From Microthyrium microscopicum (taxonomy: Eukaryota), in the NCBI GenBank assembly GCA_010405405.1, contig MU004234.1, positions 106,993-170,992 on the forward strand: a stretch of 64,000 nt of DNA, written 5' to 3'. A program made the translations under genes and the position numbers. The notes under the pieces were generated by a model. It saw nothing but the letters and a program-made list of their open reading frames with translations, did no database searches and was not told where the DNA came from. Each line of letters opens with the position of its first letter. Within the stretch, counting starts at the first letter, position 1. This document shows, in pieces, positions 1 through 12,703 of this stretch.

Positions 1-581
1 TATACTAAAAAGAGTAATATTTAGTAAAGTTACTTATATATTTTATTCTTAATCTAATTAAATAATTTTCTTATATAACTTTAAGTTCTTAATAACATGT
101 TTTTAGGTTTAAAACTAGTAATTACTATTTTTAGCTCTAATTTATTTTCTTCTATACTTTTAATAATTCTAGTAGTCTAATACTAGAATATTATTAAATT
201 ATATCTATAATTAGACTATATAACTTACTTTTAAGTACTAAAATAAATAGTTAAATTCTTAAATATTAAATATCTCTAGAACTATAGCCCGTATTATAAA
301 ACTAAGATTAGCATTAGAATCCTTATAATTAGACGAATCTAATAATATAATTTTTAGCGTATATTAGTAACTAGTATTAAATACTAGTAAATACTAGTAA
401 ATACTAGCTAGTATACTAGCTAGTATACTTACCTAGTATCTAGTATTACTAAAAACTAGTCTATTATATAACTAGTTCTAGACTATACTAGTACTATTAT
501 GTTCTAGTTCGCGTTATAAAACACTAATTATGTTCTAGTTCTAGCCAATACTAGACTAGACTTACTAGGTTCGCAACCCTA
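1..581. mobile_element. End of a second hAT-like element inserted into the transposase below
   Basis: 568-581 GGTTCGCAACCCTA (rev-comp TAGGGTTGCGAACC) resembles a hAT TIR. It is preceded by an array of short subterminal palindromes (CTAGTATACTAG-like, 370-560). The transposase relic stops at this point. Confidence 0.6.
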
Positions 582-1970
582 GACATATTCAACGTATAAT
601 TTAAGCTTAAAAAGACACTTTAAAGTATAATATATAGAGTTCTATTTAGTATTATTATCTATAGGCACTTTAGTAATTTGTATCTCTTTAGGAATTAATT
701 CTTATTTAAGATAAAGCTTTCTAGATAATTTAAAGTTTTTTTAATATTCTATCTTATATTTAATACCCTTTACTACTCTTTTAAGTCTACTTATAAGACT
801 TTTAGAAGCTATATTATCTAGAATAGCTTCTAGTTTAGCTAGTATAGTATTTATATTAATAAGAGTAGCTCTTTCTCTAGTAAATTTTATTTCCTTATTA
901 TAATTAACTAAAAATACTCTTAAAATAGTTTTAGTAACTAGATTAATTATATGCGTAGTATATTGAATATTATAGAAATCTATAGTAGAGCCCTATAGTT
1001 CTTTTTTAGCTTTTAGCTATTTAATAAGTATAGTATTATTACTAGCGTTATCTTGTAAAAAACTAATAATATTATTAAGACTTAAATTAAAAGACTTAAT
1101 AATTCTATTAAATATACTATAAAGATAAATACTAATATAATTAGAAGTTAATCTTTTAAATCCTAATAGCTTATACTATATTTTATAATCTTTACTAATA
1201 TAAACTACTATAATACCTAAAAAGGCATGCTAATTAGAACTACTAGTCTAAGCATTTAGTATAATTATAAAATAATTATTTCTAGATACTATAGCTTTTA
1301 ATTTATGCTTTAGCTTCTCTTTAGTAGTATTATAAGTAGAATATAGTAAATTCCTTATATTTTTATAGTTAATTATAGGACTATAATAATTATAATACTT
1401 TAGTAGTTCTTTAAAAGAATTAGAACTATAAGCATTAAAAGAAAGGTTATTTTTAACTATAAATTTTACTATTAAGTGCATAGTACTTTCGTTAGTAAAT
1501 TCTTAATTAGTGTTAGCTCTTACTTATTTATTATTAGTTATAGCTATAGAAAAAGGGGTATTATTACCTTTAGATTTAATTCTAGCACAATATTTCTTAA
1601 TAGTCTCTTTATTAGTTTTATTATTCTTATTTAAAGTAACTATTTTATAGGCTACTTTATAGTGTTTAATAAAGTTAGAGGTTTAAAAACCTTCTAATTT
1701 AACTATAAGACTATAAGAATAAAGAGTATATCTAACTCTAACTTCTCTATGCTTAGTAATATTAATAGGAAGTAGTTCTCTAATAAATAGCCTATTAGAA
1801 AGAATATAAGCTTTAGAATTTCTATTATTTAATTAAAAGTGCTATTTATTATACTTATAATAAGTATAACTAATATTACTAGAGATATTAGACGTACTAT
1901 CTCTAGGTACTATAGAATTAGTATTTAATACTTAGCTAGCTCCTAGTATATTATTACTATTTATTATTTT
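582..1970 (-). pseudogene. RIP-decayed hAT transposase
   Basis: Minus-strand translation gives RIP-type versions of hAT motifs in the correct order: BED finger (RVRYTLY...TSNFIKHYKVAY = CxxC...HxxxxH), ILNA*TSSSN*HAFLGI (= LDAWTS..HAFLG), LQDNASNN, IQYTTHIINL (= RCxxH), DNNTK*NSIY (= TRWNS). 5' boundary approximate. Confidence 0.85.
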
Positions 1971-2340
1971 AAAGAATAGTAAACTTCTAAAAGAAAGAAA
2001 TCTATAGAATAATACTTAAAGCTAGATAAGCAAAAGTAAAGAGATAGTTCTTATTATTTATATTAATAGATAGATAGTATAAAATAACTAGTCTTAAATA
2101 CTAAAACTAAGTATAGTAAAAAATAAATAAGAAAATATTTTTTTTTAAATTTTAAAGATTTTAAAGATTTTTAGATATTTTTTTAGATATAAGTAAATCT
2201 AATAGCAAAATTATTAGAATAAGAGTAAACTAAATATAAGATAAATAGTTAAAGTAAATAGAAAAGCTATAAAGCTATAATTGAAATAAAAGCTTAGAAA
2301 AATACTAGAAAAATAGTAAATAATCTAAATATTCTAATAG

Positions 2341-2640
2341 TAAAATTAGCTAAATAAACTAATACTAAAGAGTAAGAGTAAATAAAAGCTAGAGGCTATA
2401 AAAGCTAATCCTAAGAATAGAATAGTATAAAAATATATTATATAGTAATAGCTTTTATATAAAAAAATACTTAAAAAGTAGTTTCTAACTAGAATTTCTA
2501 GTAAAATACTAACTAAATAAACTAATACTAAAGAGTAAAAGTAAATAAAAGCTAGAGGCTATAAGAGCTAAACCTAAAAAGAGAATAGTATAGAAATATA
2601 TTATATAATAATAGCTTTTATATAAAAAAATACTTAAAAA
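2341..2640. repeat. Two direct copies of a ~140-bp unit (period ~162 bp)
   Basis: TAAATAAACTAATACTAAAGAGTAA...GCTAGAGGCTATA...GCTTTTATATAAAAAAATACTTAAAAA occurs twice. Confidence 0.85.
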
Positions 2641-2863
2641 AAAAAGTAAAAAAGTTAAAAAATATAAATACTATATAGCAAGTATAAAAATAAGATTTAG
2701 AGTAATAAAAAGAAGTAGACTAGCTATAAATAATATAGAGAGTAATAGCTATAGATAGTAGTCTAGCTTATAAGGAGAAGGAAATATCTAAAAAACTAAG
2801 AATTCTAAGTAGAATTCGCCTTTATAAGTATATATATAACGCTAGATTAATATATACTAATTA

Positions 2864-3243
2864 CTATTATATTTAGTAGGTTTAGAGCTACTAAACGCTA
2901 TTAAGATTACCTTTTTTAGGCTAGTATTACAAAAGTTATAAGTAATAATAATAAGGAGTAATATTAAAACTATAAAATAGTCTATTATAATAGGGTAAAC
3001 GTATAGTAATAAACATAATTTTAAGGGGCTAGACCCTATAAAATAACGCTAAATAGGGGTATAAATACTAAGAGTTTTAATAGTTAATATATTATTAACC
3101 CTTTTAATAATATCATTTATATAGCTTATTTACTTTATAATAATATTACTCCTTATTATTATTATATATAACTTTTATAATATTAGCCTAAAATAGGTTA
3201 TCTTTATAGCGTTTAGAAGCGCTAAACCTGCTAAATATAATAG
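2864..3243. mobile_element. ~380-bp MITE with ~120-bp TIRs, TA target duplication (Tc1/mariner-pogo-like)
   Basis: 2864-2985 is an imperfect reverse complement of 3121-3243. TA lies at 2862-2863 and 3244-3245. Confidence 0.8.
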
Positions 3244-4794
3244 TACTATTTAAGTCTTTATCGCGAGTTATTATTATATATATATCCTTTAGTTACCTAT
3301 AAAGAACTTACTTTTTAATAATCTACCTATTACTTCTACTTTCTTATTAAGGACTATATTTTAGTAGTATCTAGAAGTAGCCTTAGAGGCTATTTCTACT
3401 TATCTTTTACTTTATTTTATACAATATCTCTTAATAAGAATTCTTTTTTTTTATTTTTTTTTTTTTTTTTTTTTACTTATTAACTTTCTAGTCTCTATAC
3501 TTAATCTAGTATACTTTTATACTAATTTTTAGTACTATTTAAATTAGTAAATTCTTCTTTATTAAATAGTATAGCTTTTATATATTTATTAGCCTTATGG
3601 CATAAGTTATCTATTACTTTTTAATTTTTTTTTTTTTTACTTATTATTTATTATAGAGACGTAGTAACTACTAGATATTTTAAAAGTAAGTTCCCTCTAC
3701 TCCTTATTATAGTCTTAACTAATTTATGTTTTTTTATAGAGCTTTTCCTTAACGATTCTTATATTAAACTATAAAGATTCTTAAATAAATTCTTAGGTTA
3801 TAGAAACGTCCTTTTATTTAAAAATAAATTAAACTATAATTCTTAGATACTATAACGTGAATAGGTAGGAAATTAGGAATTTAGATATATTATTTATATT
3901 TACTAAGAGTATAATCTACGACGTATATATCTTAATTTCTTACTCCTTTTAGAAGAAAGAAACATTAAATCTTTTATAGTTTATTTTGTCTTAGAAATTA
4001 GGCAAGTTAATTATAAAGCTATATTCTTATATAATAGTAAGAAAACTACTATTCCTATTACTTATAAGCCTATTACTATTTAGTCTTCTTATAGTTCTAA
4101 AATAGAATTATCTTTACCTAAATTAGTAATTAACTAGAAAGGTCTTAAAGCTAATTAGTTAGAAGCTGCTTTTAAACTAGATTCTATAATACCTAGGTAA
4201 GCCCTTTATACTTCTTTTTATTTAAATTATATACTAACTCTTTATAGTAATAAAGATTATATATAAAAAGTATATAAATCTAACCTAAAATAGAATTCTA
4301 AGCTAAATACTTTTTATACTATAGAACGTTAAATTAAGTATTAAAAGCTACTAGATAACTATACCCTAGCAAAGAAGGAATAAGTAGCTAAATAGAAGCT
4401 AAAGTATCTTCTTTAGAAGGTTAGTAATATTACTTTTATTTACTTTATTTTACTAATTTTTAATAGAAACTAAAGCTTAAAAAAGCTATAGATTTATAAG
4501 AATCTAGCCTTACTCTTAGTGCTACTTCTAATTCTATATATATAAATAACGCTAGTATTAATACTTCTAATCTAGATATAGATTACAACCTAGATTATTT
4601 CTTTTAGTTAGATTTCTATGTTTTTTTATTAGAGTTAGGATTTCTTTATAAAATTGCTTACATAATTAAAAAAATATATTTACTATCTTCTAGAGCTAAA
4701 TTTTCTTATTTAAACGCTATATTTATTATATCTTAACTCTTAGTATTACTTATAGTATTTAATAAATAAGTTTTTTTAAAATTAATAATAAATA

Positions 4795-5215
4795 TAAAAA
4801 ATAAGAAGTAAATAAGAAAAACTACTATTACTACCTTCTAGAGCTAGTAATAAGGATAATAAAGATGTATAGAACTTATACTAAATATAACTAATAGCTA
4901 TTATAACTTTATATTTAAAAGTTTTAATTAAAATATAAAAGTTAATAAGAAAAACTATTACTACTACCTTTTAGAGCTAGTAATAAGGATTATAAATATA
5001 TATAGAACTTATACTAAATATAGCTAATAGCTATTATAACTTTATATTTAAAGGTTTTAATTAGAATATAAAAGTAAATAAGATAAACTATTACTACTAC
5101 CTTCTAGAGCTAGTAATAAGGATTATAAATATATATAGAACTTATACTAAATATAGCTAATAGCTATTATAACTTTATATTTAGACCTTCTAATTAGAAT
5201 ATAAAAGTAAATAAT
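4795..5215. repeat. Tandem repeat, about 3 x 133 bp
   Basis: GAGCTAGTAATAAGGAT recurs at 4841, 4974 and 5107 with near-identical units. Confidence 0.9.
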
Positions 5216-6159
5216 AACTATTAACCTAAAATATATAAACGTTTTACTTATAATATAATACTAAATAAGAAATACTATTACTACTAAGTTTTAAAGCTAT
5301 CTAAAAGTAGTAAAAATATATACTATTATAATAGTATTTATAAATTAGTAAGTAGTTAAGTATATTTAATTCTACTTAGTTACTATAATTATATAATAAA
5401 TAAACTAGTATATTTAAGAAATAATATTAAGTAAGATTACTATAATATAAAATTTACTCTTAGAATACTAAAAGATTAATCTATATTACTAATATATTTA
5501 ATTACTTTCTATATATTAAAAATAAGTAAATTCTAAAGTATATTATTTATTTTAGTAGTATAGTAGTTAGTATATTTGTATTATACTTCTTTATAATATA
5601 AAAGACGTTAGTTTAAATTTAACTTAGTACGTTATTAAGTTCTCTTCTATAAGATTACTCTAATTATATAATATAGAACTTAGCTTTTATTAGTCTTTTA
5701 TTCTTAGGCTACGTGTTTAATTCTATTAAATATTATAATATAATCTATTAGTCTAGTAATTTTATATATTTAAGAGTAATTAATAATAAATAATAGTAGA
5801 CTTACTACCTTTTTAGCTTTTATAATTAATTATAAATAATAATTATAAAATTAATTACTTTATTTTTTATTAAGTTTAGTTAATTACTTTTATTTATAAA
5901 GTAATAGACTAATAGTTAATATTTTAAATATAAATAAGTATAACTAATTCTAAGCTATTTAATATTATAGTTTTTAGTTCTTAACTCCTAATAGTTATAT
6001 ATTAATACTAATTATAAATTTATAAATATTTAGTTTTATATCCTTTATAACTTTATAACTAATAGAGCTATACTAAATCTAAGACTAGATCTAGATTCCT
6101 TAAATTTAGAGCTATAAAAAAGTATATTATATAAGTTTAATATTATATAACTAGTATCT

Positions 6160-6364
6160 TAGTAAGTACTCTAGTATACTCTAGTATTATTATACTAGAC
6201 TTAAGTATTAATTAGTTACTACTAGTACTAACTCGTTCTAATAAAATTTAATATTAGTACTAGTACTAGACTAGTTAGATTATTTAAAATACTAGACTAC
6301 TAGTACTTGAGTACTAGTATACTATACTAGACTAGTTTTAGTACTAACTCGAGTGCCAACACTG
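6160..6364 (-). mobile_element. hAT terminal inverted repeat plus subterminal repeats (probable 5' end of the element carrying the transposase)
   Basis: CTCGAGTGCCAACACTG ends at 6364 (rev-comp CAGTGTTGGCACTCGAG). It is preceded by repeated ACTAGTACT/ACTCGAGT units and coincides with the AT/GC boundary. Confidence 0.7.
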
Positions 6365-6548
6365 TCGCCGACAGGATTGGGCAACCCCTAACGTCAAGCT
6401 CCCACGCTCCAAGTTAATCATTCAAAAGGATGCATTTCCCGTGAAGGTGAGAAGGTTTGGGAACCTCCTCGTAATTTTTGTGTATATCACATTGCCAATC
6501 GTTTATTTTACTGCTTTTTAGCAGTGTCCTTTCGTTAAATCAGAAATC

Positions 6549-9405
6549 ATGTCGAAATCACTCTCATTATTTGCCATTTCTGCTTTCTCTCTAATTTCTT
6601 CTTCTTACGCGTCGGGTCTATACATCAATCCTGATGTTTACGATTCTACCAATTTCTTTTCAAAGTTCAACTTTTTCACCGATGCGGACCCAACTCATGG
6701 TTACGTAGAGTAAGTACACGCGATTGCGATTGAAACATAGAATATTCTGATAATCTCTAGCTACCAAACCCAAGATCAAGCTACGCAAGCCAACCCACCC
6801 CTGATTTCGACCTCAAACAATGCCGTCAAATTCGGCGCAGATTTCTCATCAGTTGTCGCGGACGGTGCCCGAGGAAGAAAAAGCATAAGACTAGAATCGC
6901 AGGCGACGTATACGAAAGGATTGTTCATCGCAGACATTGCCCACATGCCAGGCAGTGCATGCGGATCTTGGCCCGCTTTCTGGACGTTGGGTGGAAACTG
7001 GCCTCATCAAGGCGAGATTGGTAGGTTATGGCTGTTCTGTTCGAAACTATGGGCTCACAGCCTGCAGATATCATCGAAGGCGTCAACTTTTACACACAAA
7101 ATGCCTATACTCTTCACAGTGCTACAACCGGCAACTGTTTGATAAACAATCAACCTGCCAGCGTCATGAACGGCACTTTAACTGCTAGTGATTGTGGTGT
7201 CAGTCATATCAGTTTCAAATTCCGTAGATCTTTCGCTCACGATGAAATAGGTTTATGATTCCAATGGTAACTACGCCAACCCCACCGGATGTTCTATCAA
7301 ATCTGGCGACACCAAGAGTTTTGGGGACAACTTCAACAGCTATGGAGGCGGAGTCCAAGTGATGCAATGGACTTCCGACTATATCAAGATGTGGTTCTTC
7401 GAGCGCAACAATATCCCAGCGAGCTTGAAAGCTGGCTCTACTGTTGAGCCCAACATCTGCGAATTTGGCAGACCAGATGCTACTTTCAATGGCTGCAACT
7501 TCGATACCAACTTCTCGGCGCACCAGATCGTAAGCTTTCTCCTCACATCAATCAATTGAAGGAGGCACTCCCATGAATAAACTGTTCTAACACATTGTAC
7601 AGATCATCGATCAGACATTCTGTGGTGATTTCGCTGCTCAAACTGACGTTTACGCACAAAACTCTGCTCAATGTCCACAAGACTGCGTAACAATGGTCCA
7701 GAACAACCCTTCCAACTACGCCTCGTCGTAAGTTCTCGCAAACTTTTCACAGGGCGATGGCATGAAATCTAACTCTGGCAGATATTGGCAATTCAATAGC
7801 ATTCGTATCTGGTCTGAAAACCCGGCATTCACACTCGCTCAGCGAGACAGCCCATCAAACAGCGCCTGTGCAACACTACCAAAGAGTTCTAGCAGCTCTA
7901 CTTTGTCGTCAACCAAGTCCTCTACACTCTCGAGCTCTACTAAGTCATCAACTCTTTCAAGCTCCACTGCTACAAAGACATCGTCCACGACCTCATCAGT
8001 CACCTCCTCGAAGTCTAGCTCGATTGTATCATCAACCAAGGCGTCATCTTCCACTCTGAGTTCCTCTGTTGTCAGTTCGTCGTCAGCATCTTCGTCGATT
8101 GTTTCGTCGTCCGCTACGTCTTCTGCTATTAGCTCTTCCTCCTCGGTCGCTGCGTCTAGTACTGCTGTGTCGAGCTCACTGAGCAGCTCTGCAATCTCGT
8201 CATCGGCTAGCAGTGCTATATCAAGCTCCGCTGCCAGCTCTTCGTCATCAGTCGCTGCATCTAGCTCAGCAATACCAAGCTCCGCAAGCAGCTCTGCAAT
8301 ATCGTCCTCGGATGCGTCTTCGAGCTCTGCCGTGGCCTCTTCATCTACCTCATCTTCAGTTGCTACTTCAAGCCTTGCCGCAGTCTCTTCATCTCCCTCG
8401 TCTTCAGCTGTTGCTTCAAGCTCTGCTGTAGTCTCGTCAGCAGTTTCCTCATCATCAGTCTCGTCATCAGCAGTCTTGTCATCTGCTGCTGCTTCAAGTT
8501 CTGCTGCCTTGTCTTCGTCAAGCTCCGTCGCCCCTTCATCATCCAAAGTAACCTCTTCAGCCAGCCCGACTCCATCTGTATCGGCCTCCTGTGGACTATT
8601 AGGCTATGACAAGCAAACGCCTGCAGCATACTATTCCGCCAGCTCGATCGCCAACGCAGCTGCATGTGCCACTATCTGCCAGCAACAATCAGCCTCAAGC
8701 TGTAAATCATTCGCTTTCGGCAGCGGTACCTGTCTCCTATACACAGCCGTTGTTGCCGGAAACTTCAACGCCAACTCAGCTAGTCCATATTCATTCAATG
8801 ACATCTCATGCTACGCTTCCGCAAGGTCACCTGCAGCGTCTGCTCCAGCAACAAGTAGCGTCGTCCCCTCGCCCTCGTCGGCACGTATCTCCTCAACCTT
8901 GAGCTCCGTCAAGTCGTCCTCGAGCATCAAATCATCATCCAGCGTCCCAAGCTCAGTGAAACCCTCCTCATCCGTCGCCCCAACCTCAGTAAAACTATCT
9001 TCAGTATCATCATCCCGGACCAGCTCAGCAGCGGCCTCACCATCCGTCAAAATATCCCCTGACTACACATGCGGCGGGACAAACAAGTACACCTGCTCGT
9101 CAAGCCAAGGATGCTGTTCGCAATACGGATACTGTGGAACAGGAACATCGTACTGCGGAACAGGCTGCCAGAGTGCCTTTGGCACATGTACTGCAAGCAC
9201 CACTGCCCAGAAGAATGCCGTGGCAGTAGCAGACACCACCACCAACACGCTGACCGCCGCGCTGACAGACAGCCCGGATGATACATGCGGCGGCAGCACT
9301 GGATATAAATGTGCCTCAGGCTGCTGTTCGAAATACGGCTGGTGTGGAACTAGCACATCTTACTGTGGAACAGGATGTCAAGCAGGTTTCGGAACATGCA
9401 ATTAG
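6549..9405 (+). CDS. Secreted GH16 endo-1,3(4)-beta-glucanase with Ser-rich linker, PAN/Apple-like domain and two CBM18 (hevein) chitin-binding domains
   Basis: Signal peptide MSKSLSLFAISAFSLISSSYAS; DPTHGYV; CGSWPAFW; catalytic EIDIIE split by an intron at ~7021-7067; TFCGDFA; Cys-spaced PAN-like block; two CG..C..CCS.YG.CG....YCG.GCQ.FG.C repeats. Multi-exon. Confidence 0.9.
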
Positions 9406-9542
9406 AACGTGAAGGTAGGCATACTACTTATAATGTGGCAGCCATATGTAGCTCCATATATTCTCAGGTCTTGTACAAAATGGTTTCTATATACCCCTTA
9501 ATGTAATACCACCATCAAATCTTGCAGTATCTTTCACAACAT

Positions 9543-11286
9543 TCAAGCCCCAACAATCTTCATCCGCAAATCCAACCCGCCCTTCGGCTTAATAGTAACA
9601 TTACCCACCGGCACAACCTCCTCTTCCGGCCTCGCCATCTCAAACTCAAAATTCCTCACCCAAACCGCCACCAACACCCGCAATTCCGCCTTACTCAATC
9701 CTTGGCCAATACAATTCCGTGGGCCGTGAAGGAACGTCATACTAGCATAATTGTTCTTTGCGCCGCCATGGTTATTTGGTTTTCCACTTGCTTCGTCAAT
9801 CCAGCGTTCCGGTAGGAATTCTTCAGCACGTGGACCCCAGAGGGAGGGAAGGCGGTTGAAGAACCAGATTGATGTGGCGACGACGGTGTCTTTGGGAATG
9901 AAGTAGTTGCCGAGCGAAGTATCGCGGTTGGTGACGCGGACGGTTTGGGGGACGGAGGGCCAGAGACGTTGGACTTCGGAGCAGATGCCGTTGAGTAGGG
10001 GGAGAGATTCGAGGGTGCTGGCGAGGGTGAGTGGGTCGGTGGCTGATGGGTCTTCAGGGAGGGTGGTGGCTAGTTCGTGTCGGAGACGGGATTGGTAAGT
10101 TGGGTGGGTGGCGAGGGTGTAGAGGGTCCATGAAAATGCTGATGATGTGGTTTCGTGACTGTACAGGTTGTTAGTGGGTGACTGGAATGTTGGATGATGG
10201 ACTTACCCGGCGGCGAGGAAGGTTAGGAGTTGGTCGACTAGTTCTTTATCGGAAAAGCAATTTGATTCGATAAGATGGGAAAGGATATCGACGGAGGGAA
10301 TTTCCTGCTTTTCGATGACTTTTCGCTTGTTGTCAATGAAACCTTGACATATCCTTCGCAGTCCTTGCGACTTTTCATAGACTTGTTGCTCCATGTCCCA
10401 TGGAATGAGTTTCATCAAAGATCTAGGAAATCCAAGAAGATTCAGACCAAACCATATCGTCATCCTGCGGGTAGGTTCGAAGAGCCAGGCGTACATCTCA
10501 GCCAATTCATTATCTGGGTGACGAAGAGTGTCCAGATCATATCCAAATGCTGCGGTTCCAATGATATCCAGTGTCGTCCGACTTGCCCAGTGACCAACTT
10601 CAATCACATCGCGTTCATTCGTACTAGCTTTGGAGTGCAATTCATCCTTTACACAATCTGCAAGAGAGCTCGCCTTGCTCCATAGTAAGTGATGCATGTT
10701 CTTGATTCGACGAGCGCTGAACATTGGATTGACCTTCTTTCGTTGGAACTTATGAATGTCGCCTTCAGTGGTGACAAGGCCATCGCCCAAGACTACTCGA
10801 AGGATCTGAACACCAGCCTTGGTCTTTTCGAAATCGTATGCCTTGGTGACAAAGATCTCACTCAAGACTTCAGTATTGCAAGTCAGTATTACATTGCTTC
10901 CCAGCACGTGTGGAACTCGGAAAAGACCTTGGTGCTCGCCTTGAAGCATCCAATCTTTCAGTAAATTTGACACTGGTCGTCGTCTCTGCTCCAAAAGATA
11001 GCCTATCAAAGGTTTTCCGCCCTATATGAATCAGCATTTCGAGTCAAGACGAATCGATCGCAAATACCTTTACTCCAGGTATCTTGCGAAGGGGATCAAG
11101 AAACACAGGATATATCCAAAGAATCCAGGTGAAAATAAGTCCAAATGGTATAATGATTGCCAATGATGTGACTCTCCATACTGAATATGTGGCCAACAGC
11201 GGCGAACCCGTAAGTTTCAAGACGATGAGAGTTATGGTGACAGTCAAAGCTGCTGGTGCCAACTGAGATGTTTTCAATCTTGCCAT
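9543..11286 (-). CDS. Cytochrome P450 monooxygenase
   Basis: N-terminal TM anchor; AAGHETTS I-helix across an intron; EVQR (ExxR); PERW; heme motif FLHGPRNCIG. Three exons. Confidence 0.93.
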
Positions 11287-12703
11287 GTCGAGGGCCTAAT
11301 AATACAATGATAAGATAGTTGTTGTTACGACAAGTAGAGTTATGCCATGTCTTATGTATGAAGAACAGGCTGACTCTGACTGACTGCGAAGTGAGAGCCA
11401 GATGCGGAAAGATCCTTGCAGAAATTCTTACGGCCGGCTCACAGGGCTCGGCCATGATGTTAAGCCGTCAGGCTACTTCAAATGTGAACTGTCGCAATGG
11501 TCGCATTTATGCACCGCTGATGCATGACTTCTGCAGGGTCTTCTTTACATGGTTTAACCTCATTGATGGTATTCTTTCTAGATCTGACCCCAGCAGCTAC
11601 CGGTACTTGGAAGTTGGAATTCGCTTGAGATCAACTCATAGTACAATCTATGGTCTTCTTCTCTGAATAATCGATTTCTCTCCGTCAACTTCAATTTCTC
11701 TGAAGATGTCAATCGATTACGTTTCCAAGAACTCGTCGATAATATCTCTTGATTCGAATGAGTCAATCGTGCAACCAAGACCATACAGTTGATATTGATT
11801 GACTCACTGAATCACGGCTAACCACAGAAATATACTACCATGTTCAAAATCTGATCTTCTTACATCTCTTAGTTCATAGAGTGCTGTTAATATTTAATTA
11901 TCAAGGTAAAGCCAAACAAAACATCGGTTAGTCCCTCTTACCGAAGGACTTCAAACACCATCAGCAAGACTGACATCAAAGTCAAGAAACACGAAGTTGA
12001 TCATCAACTTCAAGGATTCACTCCAGCACTGTCTTCCAATAGTTTAAATAAATGGAAGAAACCCAGATAATACATCTCGCATACACCATTATTCTACGAT
12101 TGTAACACAGGTCAAACCGCCTAACAGATCCTACAGCGTGACTGTTCGGCTTAATCTTCATCTTCTAAACAACTGCACGAGTGCGAGATATCCAGTCATA
12201 AATGTAAGCCAGGACTCACAGCCATATTATGCAAAATATATCAATTCCGACGGAGTTAGACCGTTGTATATGGCAAGGGTTTTTGACAAGCTCTTCACTG
12301 GTTTTCACAATTATGGAGGGTTCCAACCAATCGTATCTTCATGTGCTTGATGACTCCTATGTCCCGAGGACGGAGTGGGCAGCTTGTAAATGCACACCAC
12401 TGAAGTAGTTTGAGAGATGGCTCCGCAATGACTTCGAAGGGCGTTGAAGGATATGATGACAAGTTGGGAGTGGGGACATGAGATGTTCGTGTATGATATC
12501 AAGAGCGGAGGGCAATTACCAGCCAAGTTGATGGAGAGACAGGCGCTTGCGGAGGCGGTCTTTCCCGCTGGATGACACATACAGTAAAGGCCAGATGGAA
12601 GGAGGAATGAGCATGAAATTTAGGTTTTCCAAATGTCTACGATAGGTGGGATGCTATTCCGAGTCCAAGTTCAAGATGAGCCTCACCGAACGCTAAAATG
12701 CTT

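Larger units (their letters stand above)
1..6364. mobile_element. AT-rich, RIP-mutated nested transposon block
   Basis: Very low GC, strong TpA excess and CpA/TpG depletion, almost no ORFs. Abrupt switch to normal GC right after the TIR-like end at 6364. Confidence 0.93.

Noticed and set aside
3340..4550. Tyrosine recombinase (Crypton/Starship) relic
   Set aside because: No diagnostic motif was recoverable by eye from the RIP-damaged sequence.
4795..5215. CRISPR-like array
   Set aside because: Eukaryotic context; the units are fully repeated with no unique spacers.
7839..8546. 235-aa acidic ORF on the - strand
   Set aside because: Antisense shadow of the Ser/Ala-rich linker of the GH16 gene.
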